Part shown: positions 41,901 through 51,137 of the stretch, one piece after another | Layout of the letters: every line of letters begins with the position of its first letter | Numbering within the stretch: the stretch's first letter is position 1 | Assembly: GCA_965205485.1 (NCBI GenBank) | Contig: OZ242180.1 | Coordinates: forward strand, 1,856,001-1,920,000 | Length of the DNA stretch: 64,000 nucleotides | Reading direction: 5' to 3' | From: Candidatus Latescibacterota bacterium | GTDB lineage: Bacteria; Latescibacterota; UBA2968; GCA-2709665 | Notes under the pieces: generated by a model | Database searches by the model: none | Told to the model about the DNA's origin: nothing | The model's input: the letters and a program-made list of their open reading frames with translations, nothing else | Program-made: the position numbers and the translations under genes

Positions 41901-42641
41901 TTCCGCCTCTTTCGGGTCCTTCTTGCCCAGCGCGATCCTGCCGATTTCCAGCAGGGCGTCGGGGGTCCATTTGGAGTCCGGTCCCGGGGCGGTGATTGTC
42001 CTGAACCGGACCTGCGCTTCATCGGGGCGTCCGGCGTCCAGGAGGACGAGCCCCCAGTTGTAGTTGGCTTCCGCGACGAGTCCGGATTGCGGGAAATTCG
42101 CGGCGAGCGCGCCGAACGCCCTCCCTGCGGCGTCCGGGTCCTTCGCCTTGCCGAAATTCAGCCCTGCCGCGAGGAGGTTTCCGGCAGCCTGTTTCGCCGC
42201 GGGGAACCGGTCGTGCGCTTCCTGGAAGGCGGCGCCCGCCATTGCGTATTCGGAAAGACGCTCGAGCGCCTCGGCCTTCCGGCGCATCACCGGGGCCGCT
42301 TCGAGGCGTCCGGGATAGCGAACGAGAAAATCACCGTACGCTTCAACGGCGTCTCCGTATTGTTCGCCCAGAAAATGGGCCTCTCCGAGCTGATAGAGCG
42401 CCGCGGGAAGCCGCGCGCTTGCGGGGTACCCGGCGATGAAGCGCCGGAACTCCTGCGCCGCATTGGCATAGTCCCGGTTGTCGAAAAGCCGTTGCGCAAG
42501 CTCGAAACTCTCGTCTTCGCCTTCGGCGGCCTGTCCCGAAACCGGTGCGGTCCATGCAAACAGGACACAGAGACCGATGGCCGCAGCCGGAAAGAATCGC
42601 CGCCCTGACGCGTGGGCGTTGAGAATGCGTGAAATATACAT
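38946..42641 (-). CDS. Secreted/periplasmic tetratricopeptide-repeat protein
   Basis: Signal peptide, many A..F..YP.S TPR units over 1231 aa. Confidence 0.85.
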   Translation of the reverse strand: MYISRILNAHASGRRFFPAAAIGLCVLFAWTAPVSGQAAEGEDESFELAQRLFDNRDYANAAQEFRRFIAGYPASARLPAALYQLGEAHFLGEQYGDAVEAYGDFLVRYPGRLEAAPVMRRKAEALERLSEYAMAGAAFQEAHDRFPAAKQAAGNLLAAGLNFGKAKDPDAAGRAFGALAANFPQSGLVAEANYNWGLVLLDAGRPDEAQVRFRTITAPGPDSKWTPDALLEIGRIALGKKDPKEAEAAFGRLRRAYPRSSASGASYLAQASWYEGRGNWSRAAEIYELARGSLPQSESRQQAVLGLANAWRELGRTAEALALFTEFINAYAASPHLDRAWLGLGRAHAGLKQHREAQNAFRRLRELYPESEAGIRAYAEMGDVWRAAGAPRRALRAYRAYIEETEAPDAAASARLRIAHTYEQDLGWHDLALETYRDLADTAPADVAGEAQFGIARILDRTGQADPAIREYRTYLQKFHRRAEEAQNRIRYLREFGRESTGIPAAELAALLSNLPAIASDPYAQFVLGRFLHSRRQYAEAAEQLAAALSTDAPQPFAAEATWLLGESALKVARESGLQGRPDAESFWYDKGLAALREVEAGHPESEFADNAALLRIETETLQAEDPDSVRARRQLAGYGEFKAAYPESDLLDRVLLAMADAMRTLGGFEPAWIDTALTTYRGIRNAYPQSPAAERATYGIGLCQARKNDYVSAEETLRDFLFEYPESDLEGHARYQLGRILLDRGFPRSAADDLTELLAGPAPAGLARSARDLLAESYYRAGDYRRAIDVDVELLSAGPEGPVLRRLARSYEANGQPAEAIDACKALLDAFPNAAYADSFAYTRARLLAELKRNADAVTAFKAFPKQYPESPLKAKAGKTLAALLFETEDYPGALAALAQVPADARDESVAGREVLSLYRLKRVQEAKKASGVFKKSFPNSRDWLARFRIEEGRYYQRAGNFKKARQIFEDVVRKHPGGEAAAEAAWYRVRTLKREGEKEAYREALAAFVKARSGSRHWPAAALELADILYESGDYERASRAYRNVLEAGPSPEETPNVLSRLMKVHRRLKLLDTAIAYANRLVQEFPGHPLASDVRIDIGTMLHDNKQFRLAIARLTPLLKNAEGNDWSTIQFWLARSHFGLGDYESAKREYLKLLYQFQGAPQWAASAHDGLATCYEAQGKFTEAIRELKAIQRREGAASDFGLQAGKRIEMLEALLDGSQEATAPTQ

Positions 42642-42854
42642 ATTTTATGGAGGTTATGAGTGTCTACGGGGCCGTGTAACCAACGATGTCAATTTATCAA
42701 ATTCGCGCGCGCGGGTCAACCCCTGACTTCGATTCCCGCGGTTCGTGAACGGCATTCTCGGCGCGCGCGGATCGGCTTCTTCGCGTGGGGTTTATCCGGC
42801 AGGTGTCGACTGCAAGTTTGGCAGACCCATTGGCCCCGCGCAGCGGATAGGCGT

Positions 42855-42882
42855 TTGACAGAGCGGCGCGGGGGGTTATCAT
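42855..42882 (+). promoter_or_regulatory. Putative sigma70 promoter for ispE
   Basis: TTGACA-N16-TATCAT. Confidence 0.45.
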
Positions 42883-42885
42883 GGG

Positions 42886-43406
42886 CAAGGAAGAAGGAAG
42901 AAAGAAAAAGGAAGAAGGAAGAAGGAAAAAGAAATGCGGTGAGACGGGAGACGTAAGCCGGGAGAAGAAATCCTTGCCAGATAAGGAATTCCTCCTAGCC
43001 TTTGGCACGAGAAGAATCGTCACAAGGCGGGTAATCTCTCCCCTCTCACCGCTTCTCTGAGACGACCGGTGTAAGTACCCCCGGGAGCGAGGGCATCCCT
43101 GCCCTCGGCGGCCGATTCGCGAGGTCCCCCGGGGTCGTATAACGAGACGTGTATTCGCATGGAAGGGAAGCAATAGGATAGGCCCCTGGTGTGCGAATTG
43201 GTCGGCTGCACGGAGTACGAGGGCAGGGATGCCCTCGCTCCGGATATTGGTAGATCATGTTGCGTTTTCTTTGCCTTCCTCCCTCTTTCCTTTAGGAGAG
43301 AGGGCCGGGGAGAGAGGTCTGCGGGGGGAACGGTGGCTTTTGGTTTTGCCTTTCGTTTTTAGCTGATGGCTGACGGCTGATAGCTGACAGCTGACAGCTG
43401 ACAGCT
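42886..43406 (+). repeat. Intergenic repeat mosaic (GAAGGAA, foldback element, paired GGAGCGAGGGC element, GGAGAGAGG hairpin, GCTGACA array)
   Basis: All modules recur elsewhere in the window. Confidence 0.88.
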
Positions 43407-43421
43407 CACAAGGCTTCTTTA

Positions 43422-44297
43422 ATGCATCGCTTGATCGAAATCGCGCCCGCAAAGCTGAACCTGGGCCTGAAGGTCCTTCGCCGCAGGGAGGACGGCTATC
43501 ACGATATCGTTTCCGTTCTTCAGACGGTGGATCTGTGCGACCGGCTGGCGTTCACGTGGGCCGCGGCCGGCGAGACGCTGGTGCATTGCGATCATCCGGA
43601 CGTCCCCGCCGGGCCGGAGAATCTCGTTTTCCGTGCGGTCGAGGTCCTCCGCCGCGAAACGGGCGACAACCGGGGTGTGCGCGTGGACCTGGACAAACGC
43701 ATTCCTGCCGGCGCCGGCCTTGGAGGCGGGAGTTCCAACGCGGCCGCAACCCTGCGGGCGCTGGACCGGCTCTGGGGATTGCGGCTGGGTCCGGAACGTC
43801 TGTCCGGTCTCGCGGCGGAACTCGGGTCCGACGTTCCGTTCTTCCTGACAGGCGGAACGGCCGTTGCGACGGGGCGTGGAGAGCGGATCCGACCGGTGGA
43901 TTGGGAGGACGATTTCTGGTACGTGCTGGTGTATCCCGGGTTTCCCGTTTCCACCGCCTGGGCTTACCAAAACGTGAGAATTGGCTTGACAGAAACAGAG
44001 GCGTATGGTACATTTCTGGACTTTGCGGAAAAATCGGGACGGATCTGCGCGGACCGGTTGTTCGCCTGTCTGGAGAACGACTTTCTTCCCGTTGTGGAAG
44101 CCGCCGGCAAAGGCGTGAAGCGGATCCTCGCCGCGCTGGCCGCCGGAGGTGCGGTCGCCTGCTCGGTATCGGGCAGCGGGTCCACGCTCTTCGGGGTTTT
44201 TCGTGAGGCCCGGCAGGCCTCGGCCGCGGTCGTCCGCGTGCGGGGCCGTGGGCGTCGGGTCTATCTGTGTCGCTACCGACCGGGTTGTGGTTCTTGA
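43422..44297 (+). CDS. ispE: 4-diphosphocytidyl-2-C-methyl-D-erythritol kinase
   Basis: APAKLNLGL..RREDGYH, KRIPAGAGLGGGSSNAA, LGSDVPFF, SGSGS. Confidence 0.95.
   Translation: MHRLIEIAPAKLNLGLKVLRRREDGYHDIVSVLQTVDLCDRLAFTWAAAGETLVHCDHPDVPAGPENLVFRAVEVLRRETGDNRGVRVDLDKRIPAGAGLGGGSSNAAATLRALDRLWGLRLGPERLSGLAAELGSDVPFFLTGGTAVATGRGERIRPVDWEDDFWYVLVYPGFPVSTAWAYQNVRIGLTETEAYGTFLDFAEKSGRICADRLFACLENDFLPVVEAAGKGVKRILAALAAGGAVACSVSGSGSTLFGVFREARQASAAVVRVRGRGRRVYLCRYRPGCGS
43986..44014 (+). promoter_or_regulatory. Internal promoter in ispE, likely for tRNA-Gln/rplY
   Basis: TTGACA-N17-TACATT with TG extended -10. Confidence 0.5.
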
Positions 44298-44368
44298 TGC
44301 CGGGTCGTCTAAGGGTAAGACAGCGGCCTTTGGAGCCGTTTATCGGGGTTCGAATCCCTGCCCGGCAG
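44298..44368 (+). tRNA. tRNA-Gln(TTG)
   Basis: Acceptor TGCCGGG/CCCGGCA, anticodon arm GCGGC-CTTTGGA-GCCGT, GGTTCGAATCC T-loop; CCA not encoded. Confidence 0.95.
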
Positions 44369-44403
44369 TACATAACGGGATTGTTTATGCGGAGGTATTG
44401 ATC

Positions 44404-45087
44404 ATGGCTGACAATAACGGCGTAAGTTTGCAGGCCGAAGTTCGCACCGGAACCGGCAAGGGCGAGGCCAAGCGCATCCGGCGGACCGGGAGGATTCCGG
44501 CGGTCGTCTACGGTGACCGGAACGAGACAATCGCCTGTTCGGTAGACGCGAAGGAGTTGGCAACGGTCCTGCACGAGCACGGTCGGAATACGCTTCTGTC
44601 CCTGGTCGTGGGCAACGGGGAAGGGCGGTCCGAAGACACAGCCATCGTCAAGGACCTCCAGCACCACCCCGTCGGCGGGCATCTCCTCCACGCGGATTTC
44701 TACCGGATTTCGCTCACCCGGACAATCGTCGTGGAAGTCCGCGTCGAAGCCGAAGGCATACCGGCCGGCGTACGCACTGATGGCGGTATCCTGGAACAGT
44801 TGCTTCACCAGGTGGAGGTGTCGTGTCTGCCCGGCGAGATCCCCGACAGCATCAGCTTCGACGTGACAGATCTGAATATCGGAGACTCGGTGCACGTTTC
44901 CGATCTGAGCGTAACGGGCAACGTGGAGATCGTCACCGAGGGTGACCGGTCCCTGTTCGTGGTGGTGCCGCCGTCCGTTGCGCAGGTCGAAGAGGAAGAG
45001 GAAGAGCTGATCGAGGAAGAGGAAGAGATGCAGGAGCCCGAGGTCATCGAACGCGGGAAGCGGGACGAGGAGGAAGTGGAGGAATAA
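44404..45087 (+). CDS. rplY: 50S ribosomal protein L25/CTC
   Basis: GKGEAKRIRRTGRIPAVVYG, LHADFY, GGILEQ, IGDSVHVSDL, acidic tail. Confidence 0.95.
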   Translation: MADNNGVSLQAEVRTGTGKGEAKRIRRTGRIPAVVYGDRNETIACSVDAKELATVLHEHGRNTLLSLVVGNGEGRSEDTAIVKDLQHHPVGGHLLHADFYRISLTRTIVVEVRVEAEGIPAGVRTDGGILEQLLHQVEVSCLPGEIPDSISFDVTDLNIGDSVHVSDLSVTGNVEIVTEGDRSLFVVVPPSVAQVEEEEEELIEEEEEMQEPEVIERGKRDEEEVEE

Positions 45088-45090
45088 CAT

Positions 45091-45225
45091 CGGGGAGACG
45101 GTAGAGGGAAGACGGGAGATGAAATCCTCGCCCGATATTTTATTCCTTGACTTGCCTCCGGCACGAGAAGAGACCTCACAAGGCAGGTAATCTCTAACGT
45201 CTCCCGTCTCACGTCTTACCGCTTC
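45091..45225 (+). repeat. Heptamer-flanked foldback element
   Basis: Core AAATCCTCGCC...TGCCTCCGGCACGAG...GGCAGGTAATCTCT with inverted 7-mer flanks. Confidence 0.85.
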
Positions 45226-45237
45226 TGGAGGTTTTCC

Positions 45238-45795
45238 GTGAAGGTTGTCGTGGGTCTGGGCAACCCGGGTTCCGAATACGCCCATACCCGCCACAACCTG
45301 GGCTATCGGGTGGTGGACCTGCTGGCGGAAAGGCTGAAGGGGACCTGGTCGGAAAGCGCCTGGTATTTTTTTTGCCGGATCGAGAAGCGTTCGGGCGCGT
45401 TGCTGCTGGTAAAACCCGTCACCTTCATGAATCGCAGCGGCGTTGCGGTTGCGGATGTTCAGGACCGGTTCGACCTGGATATCGGGGACGTCCTGGTGGT
45501 GGTGGACGACGTTCACCTGGATCCGGGCCGGATCCGGCTGCGCCGAGGGGGCAGCGACGGGGGTCACAACGGCCTGGGGTCGATTATCGACTGCATCGGG
45601 TCCGAGGCGTTTCCCAGGCTGAGAGTGGGTGTCGGCGCGCCGCCCGAGGGCGCGGATCGGATCGAACACGTCCTGAGCCGGTTCGAAGACGATGAAACCG
45701 ACGTGATGGACGCGGCGGTCCGCGACGCCGCCGACGGCGTGGAATGCTGGCTTGAATACGGAATCGACGCGGCGATGAATCGGTATAATTCGTAA
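45238..45795 (+). CDS. pth: Peptidyl-tRNA hydrolase
   Basis: VGLGNPG..Y..TRHNLG, KPVTFMNRSG, GGHNGL, RLRVGVG. Confidence 0.96.
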   Translation: MKVVVGLGNPGSEYAHTRHNLGYRVVDLLAERLKGTWSESAWYFFCRIEKRSGALLLVKPVTFMNRSGVAVADVQDRFDLDIGDVLVVVDDVHLDPGRIRLRRGGSDGGHNGLGSIIDCIGSEAFPRLRVGVGAPPEGADRIEHVLSRFEDDETDVMDAAVRDAADGVECWLEYGIDAAMNRYNS

Positions 45796-45797
45796 AG

Positions 45798-45925
45798 GCG
45801 GGAAGACGGGAGACGTAAGACGTTAGATGAGATCATTGCCGGGTATGTTATTCCTCGTTGCCTCCGGCACGAGTAGAAACCTGACAAGGCAGGTAATCTC
45901 TCCCGTCTAACGTCTTACCTCTTCC
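45798..45925 (+). repeat. Heptamer-flanked foldback element
   Basis: Same core as 45091 copy. Confidence 0.85.
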
Positions 45926-45945
45926 CGATTTTTGGAGGTTTTTCC

Positions 45946-47958
45946 ATGATTTGGACGCCGATATTCGGGATCGCAGGGCTGCTGGTCGCCGGCCTGGTGT
46001 ACGTCCTGATCACCCGCAAACCGGCGGGTACGGACCGGATGCGGGAGATTTCGGATGCCATCCACGAAGGCGCCATGGCGTTTTTGAAGCGTGAGTACGT
46101 TGTACTCGGAATTTTCATCGTGGCGGTATTCATCCTGCTTTCGATCGGCATCAGGCCGTTCAGCACGGCCTTCGCCTTTCTGGCCGGCGCAATCTGTTCG
46201 ATATGCGCCGGTTTTTTCGGGATGAAAGCGGCCACCAAGGCCAACGTGCGCACCGCGTACGCCGCCAACCAGGAGGGCCAGGCGACCGCCCTGAGCGTGG
46301 CGTTCTCCGGCGGTACGGTGATGGGCCTCTCCGTGGCCAGCCTGGGCCTGGTGGGGGTGGGCGTGCTGTTCCTTCTATATGGAAACATGGACCAGGCGGT
46401 CGTCATCAACGGATTCGCGATGGGCGCCAGTTCCATTGCCCTGTTCGCGCGCGTGGGCGGCGGTATCTATACCAAGACGGCTGACGTGGGCGCGGACCTC
46501 GTCGGCAAGGTGGAGGCCGGCATTCCCGAGGACGATCCGCGAAACCCCGCGGCGCTCGCCGATTTCGTGGGCGATAATGTGGGCGACGTGGCCGGGATGG
46601 GGGCCGACATCTTCGAGTCCTACGTGGGGTCCATCGTGGCGACCATCGCCATCGCCGCCACGGCTGCGCCGGCGTTGTTACCCAAGCTGTATGGCAGTTC
46701 CGTGTACGACGGCGAGGTCGTGAAGCTGACGGCCATGCAACTGCCGCTTATCGTGGCCACAATCGGCCTGGTGGCGTCGCTGATCGGCGTTCTGGCGATG
46801 CAGGTCCTGCAGCGCTTCAGTCCCGCGGCCGCCCTCCGGTACGCTTCTTTCGTGGCCGCTGGCGTCATGTTCGCCGGCAGCTATTTCGCGGTGGACGGCA
46901 TGGGCCTCTCCGAAGGCGTGTTCTGGGCGATTCTCCTGGGCGGTCTCACCGGCATCCTCATCGGTCTGCTCACCGAGTATTACACCGGCGGGGCCCCGGT
47001 GAGCAAGGTGGCCGAATCATCTGAAACCGGACCCGCCACCAATATCATCTCGGGCCTGGCCATCGGCATGCAGAGCACCTTCCTTCCCGTGCTGTGCATC
47101 TGCGCCGCCATCGGGTTCGCCTATCACTTCGCCGGGCTGTACGGCATCGGCATCGCGGCGGTGGGAATGCTGGCAACCGTGGGCATCACCATGGCGGTGG
47201 ACGCGTACGGGCCCATCGCCGACAACGCGGGCGGCATCTCCGAGATGGCCGAACTCGGACCGGAGACCAGGAAGATCACCGACGGCCTGGACGCGCTGGG
47301 CAACACCACGGCGGCCATCGGCAAGGGCTTCGCCATCGGTTCCGCCGCGCTCACGGCCCTGGCCCTGTTCTCCGCGTATGCGTCGACGGTGAAGCTGGAG
47401 GTGATCAACCTCACGTCGCCGATGGTGGTGATCGGCCTGTTCATCGGCGGCGCCATCCCGTTCCTCGTGGCTGCGCAGACCATGACCTCGGTGGGACGGG
47501 CGGCGTTCAGGATGGTGGAAGAGGTCCGCAGGCAGTTCAGGGAGATTCCGGGATTGATGGACGGTACCGGCAAGCCGGATACACGTCGGTGCGTGGATAT
47601 CAGTACGGTCGCGGCCCTGCGGGAAATGGTCCCGCCCGGGGTGGTCGCCGTACTCACGCCCGTCCTGGTCGGATTCATCCTCGGCAAGGAGGCGCTGGGC
47701 GGCATGCTGGCCGGGGCGCTGTTGAGCGGCATGCTCATGGCGCTGATGATGGCCAACAGCGGCGGCGTGCTGGACAACGGCAAGAAGCATATCGAAGAGG
47801 GCCATTTCGGCGGCAAGGGCTCGGATGCGCACAAAGCCGCGGTCGTCGGCGACACCGTGGGCGATCCGCTGAAGGACACCTCCGGCCCCTCGCTGAACAT
47901 ACTCATCAAACTTATGTCCGTCGTCTCGCTGGTTCTGGCTCCGTTGTTGATTGATTGA
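45946..47958 (+). CDS. hppA: Membrane-bound K+-dependent (probably Na+-translocating) pyrophosphatase
   Basis: [32 protein letters not shown] (Ala variant = K+-dependent class), [14 protein letters not shown]. Confidence 0.93.
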   Translation: MIWTPIFGIAGLLVAGLVYVLITRKPAGTDRMREISDAIHEGAMAFLKREYVVLGIFIVAVFILLSIGIRPFSTAFAFLAGAICSICAGFFGMKAATKANVRTAYAANQEGQATALSVAFSGGTVMGLSVASLGLVGVGVLFLLYGNMDQAVVINGFAMGASSIALFARVGGGIYTKTADVGADLVGKVEAGIPEDDPRNPAALADFVGDNVGDVAGMGADIFESYVGSIVATIAIAATAAPALLPKLYGSSVYDGEVVKLTAMQLPLIVATIGLVASLIGVLAMQVLQRFSPAAALRYASFVAAGVMFAGSYFAVDGMGLSEGVFWAILLGGLTGILIGLLTEYYTGGAPVSKVAESSETGPATNIISGLAIGMQSTFLPVLCICAAIGFAYHFAGLYGIGIAAVGMLATVGITMAVDAYGPIADNAGGISEMAELGPETRKITDGLDALGNTTAAIGKGFAIGSAALTALALFSAYASTVKLEVINLTSPMVVIGLFIGGAIPFLVAAQTMTSVGRAAFRMVEEVRRQFREIPGLMDGTGKPDTRRCVDISTVAALREMVPPGVVAVLTPVLVGFILGKEALGGMLAGALLSGMLMALMMANSGGVLDNGKKHIEEGHFGGKGSDAHKAAVVGDTVGDPLKDTSGPSLNILIKLMSVVSLVLAPLLID

Positions 47959-48004
47959 TTCAATAGAAGGAATCTTGGGCCCTTTTTCTTATATGCATAT
48001 TGAA

Positions 48005-48325
48005 GAGGGTAGAGGGGAGACGTAAGACGGTAGATGAGATCCTTGCCCGGCATCTAATTCCTCGTTGCCTTCGGCACGAGAGGAAGCCTCACAGGGCAGG
48101 AAGTCTCTAACCTCTCCCGGCTTACTTCTCACCAGGTGGTGGGGCAGGGTGTGGTAATCTACCGTCTCCCGGCTTACGTCTACCCGCTTTTGGCTGATCG
48201 CTTTTCTTTGTGCCTTCGTGTCTTTGTGTGAGCTGATTTTCGTCTAAGCTGCCTTTGATTCTTGCTTCTGATCTTGCCTTTCGTTTCTGGCTGACGGCTG
48301 GCTGATAGCTGACAGCTGACAGCTT
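48005..48325 (+). repeat. Intergenic repeat mosaic (foldback element, CTTTGTG 9-mers, GCTGA 7-mers)
   Basis: Modules shared with other regions. Confidence 0.85.
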
Positions 48326-48393
48326 CCTTTATCGCCCCGCTCGTGAGCGCCCGGTCGGGCTGGTCGCGGGCCAATTGTCCAGGGGGAGGTTTC

Positions 48394-48780
48394 ATGTCCA
48401 GACGTTACGAACTCACGCTTATTGTCAACCCGCAGGCGCCCGACGGCGCGGTGGACGACCTCGTCGCGCGTTTCGATCGCCTCGTTTCCGCGGGCGGCGG
48501 CCGCTCGGTGGACGTCAACCGCCTGGGGGCGCGCAAGCTCGCCTACGAAATCGGCAGACAGAACCGCGGCGACTATACGTTCATCCGGTTCGAGGCCCCG
48601 CAGGAGGCCCTTCCCGAAATCGACCGCGCATTCAAGCTCGACGAGTCGGTACTCCGGCATATGGTCGTGCTGGATGAAACCCCGGTGGAGGAAGAACCGG
48701 AAGAGGCGGATGAGGAGGAAACCGAAGACGGAGAGGTCACGAACGCCGGAGGCGGAAACGCGAACGAGGAGGCGACATGA
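48394..48780 (+). CDS. rpsF: 30S ribosomal protein S6
   Basis: [34 protein letters not shown]. Confidence 0.95.
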   Translation: MSRRYELTLIVNPQAPDGAVDDLVARFDRLVSAGGGRSVDVNRLGARKLAYEIGRQNRGDYTFIRFEAPQEALPEIDRAFKLDESVLRHMVVLDETPVEEEPEEADEEETEDGEVTNAGGGNANEEAT

Positions 48781-49001
48781 ACCGGTCCAGTGTGAAGGTA
48801 TGCAGGTTTTGCGAAGACAAGGCGTTGACGATCGACTATAAGGACGTACGGCTGCTGCAGCGGTTCGTCACGGAGCGCGGAAAGATCATCCCCCGCCGCG
48901 TATCGGGGACGTGCGCCCGGCACCAGCGCATCGTCACCCGGCACCTGAAACGCGCCCGCCAGATCGCGCTGTTGCCTTTTGCAACAGACAGCATGTCGTA
49001 A
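48777..49001 (+). CDS. rpsR: 30S ribosomal protein S18
   Basis: [38 protein letters not shown]. Confidence 0.97.
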   Translation: MNRSSVKVCRFCEDKALTIDYKDVRLLQRFVTERGKIIPRRVSGTCARHQRIVTRHLKRARQIALLPFATDSMS

Positions 49002-49004
49002 AGG

Positions 49005-50010
49005 CGGGGACAAGGAAAAGGGAAAAAGGAAGAAGGAAGAAGGAAGAAGGTTGAGGGAATCCTTGCCAAGAAAGATATTCCTCCTTGCCTCCGGCCCGAG
49101 AAATTACCCTTTACGGCATGCGATCTCTTCCTTCGTGCGTCTCTCCGCCTCAGACGCGGCCACGGCAGGTTCCCTCGGGAGCGAGGGCATCCCTGCCCTC
49201 GACGGCTGAATCGCGAAGTCGGGGTGCCGTTAATCGAGACGTGTTTTCGGATGTAAGGGAAGCAATAGGACCTTGATATTGAAACTCAACGATTTCTCGA
49301 AGTACGAGGGCAGGGATGCCCTCGCTCCGGACATTGGTAGATCATGTCGCGTTTCCTTTGCCTTTTCTCCCTCTTTCCTTTAGGAGAGAGGGCCGGGGAG
49401 AGAGGTCTGGGTGGCGGGGAGCGGTTGCCTTTGATCTTGCCTTTCGCTTTTGGCTGACGGCTGATGGCTGAGAGCTGACAGCTTTGTCTGAGAGGGCCGG
49501 GGAGAGAGGTCTGGGTGGCGGGGAGCGGTGGCTGTTGACTTTGCAATTCGTTTTGCTTTTAGCTGATGGCTGACCGCTTAGAGCTGATAGCTTTTCTTTG
49601 TGCCTTCGCGTCTTTGTGTGAGTCGATTCTGGTTTTGTTCTTGATCAATGCTGTCCAGGATAGTTTGGAAAAGACGATCTTGGATGCGTAAGTACCTGTT
49701 TTTATTGAAAGTCGTTTCGATGTGCCAATGCTGGTTCCCGGCTTTTGGACACGGCTGTCCAAGACAGGAGCCGAATTGGGGCCGGTGTGGTTGGCGTTTC
49801 CGGGAGCGAGGGCATCCTGCCCTCGACGTCGGAAAACTCGTCCCACACGGTGTTTTGCGCGAACCGGTGTCGGTTAGAATGGACACGTCTGTCCCTCGAC
49901 GCGAATTGGGATAGGTGACGCGAAGTTCGAGGGCAGGATGCCCTCGCTCCGGTTATTGGTGGATCATGTCGTGATAGCGGTCGGAAAAGACGATTTTGGA
50001 CAGGTTTTGT
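49005..50010 (+). repeat. 1-kb repeat mosaic filling the rpsR-rplI gap
   Basis: At least six repeat families in series, no credible ORF. Confidence 0.88.
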
Positions 50011-50066
50011 TCTTGATCTTTGCTGAAGGCTAACAGCTGCTTTTTCTCTGTACGAAAGGGATCCCC

Positions 50067-50510
50067 ATGAAAATCATCCTTACCGAAACTCTGGACAACC
50101 TTGGCGACGCCGGGTCGGTGGTTGACGTGAAGGACGGGTACGCCAGGAACTACCTCATCCCCCGGAATCTGGCCCTCGTGGCTACCAGGGGCAACAGGAA
50201 GGTGTACGAGGAGCTCAAGCGCCAGAAGGAAGCCCGAGACAACCGCGCCCAGCGCGACGCCGTGGCGCTGTCGAAGAAAATCGAAAAGGCATCCTGCACC
50301 ATTCCCGTGGCCGTGGGCAAGGAAGACCAGATCTTCGGTTCCGTCACCGCGCAGCACGTTTCCGAGCACCTCGCCGAGCAGGGCTTCGAGATCGAACGGC
50401 GCCGGATCGAGCTCGATGAACCCATCCGCGCCCTGGGCGTCTACGACGTCTCCATCCGCCTTCACGCAGAGGTCAGCGCCACCGTCAAGGTCTGGGTCGT
50501 GAAGGAATAA
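50067..50510 (+). CDS. rplI: 50S ribosomal protein L9
   Basis: MKIIL..LGDAG..VKDGYARNYLIP, IFGSVT, IRALG. Confidence 0.97.
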   Translation: MKIILTETLDNLGDAGSVVDVKDGYARNYLIPRNLALVATRGNRKVYEELKRQKEARDNRAQRDAVALSKKIEKASCTIPVAVGKEDQIFGSVTAQHVSEHLAEQGFEIERRRIELDEPIRALGVYDVSIRLHAEVSATVKVWVVKE

Positions 50511-50521
50511 CTGGCCGAAAG

Positions 50522-50786
50522 GCGGGTAGAGGGAAGAGGGGAGACGGGAGAAGAAGCCCTTGCCAATATGTCCCTCCGACTCGCCTGCGGCATGAGAAAG
50601 AACCTCACCCGGCATGCGATCTCTACCCTCTCCCGGCTTACGTCTCACCAGGTGGTGGGCCGGGGTGGGATCCTCTCCCGTCTCACGTCTCCCCTGGTTT
50701 TCTTTGTGCCATTGCGTCTCCGTGTGAGGCCGGTTATCCGGCCTTTCTCCCTCTTTCCTTTAGGAGAGAGGGCCGGGGAGAGAGGT
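50522..50786 (+). repeat. Intergenic repeat mosaic (foldback element, 9-mers, GGAGAGAGG hairpin)
   Basis: Modules shared with other regions. Confidence 0.85.
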
Positions 50787-51137
50787 CGCTCTTAGCCTCT
50801 TTCTTTCACCCACCTGAACGAATCGTTCCATCCTTCCCGCTATTTCACCGTCCGATGCCTCACCCCATGAATCCCGCCATTGGCTGAGCCGCCGCTGGTA
50901 ACCGCCACGGCTTCTCTGCCCGCTTTCCCCGCTAATTCGACTTAAAAAGCGCCTCCGTCACCGGTTTTCGCAACCGCGGCCCTGATATTCCCGCCAGTCC
51001 CGGTCTCACCCATCCTGTACTGTCTCCCTGCTCGCGGCGCCCGTCCTAAGGTTCCGCGCCTTGCTGGCATGCTATTTGCCTGCATCCGGCCCGATGCTGC
51101 GTCCATTGGTGTGAGGTGTCTTACAGGGAGGATAGAG

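Noticed and set aside
44298..44368. tRNA-Gln as an island attachment site
   Set aside because: No duplicated tRNA 3' end was seen and flanking genes are core housekeeping genes.
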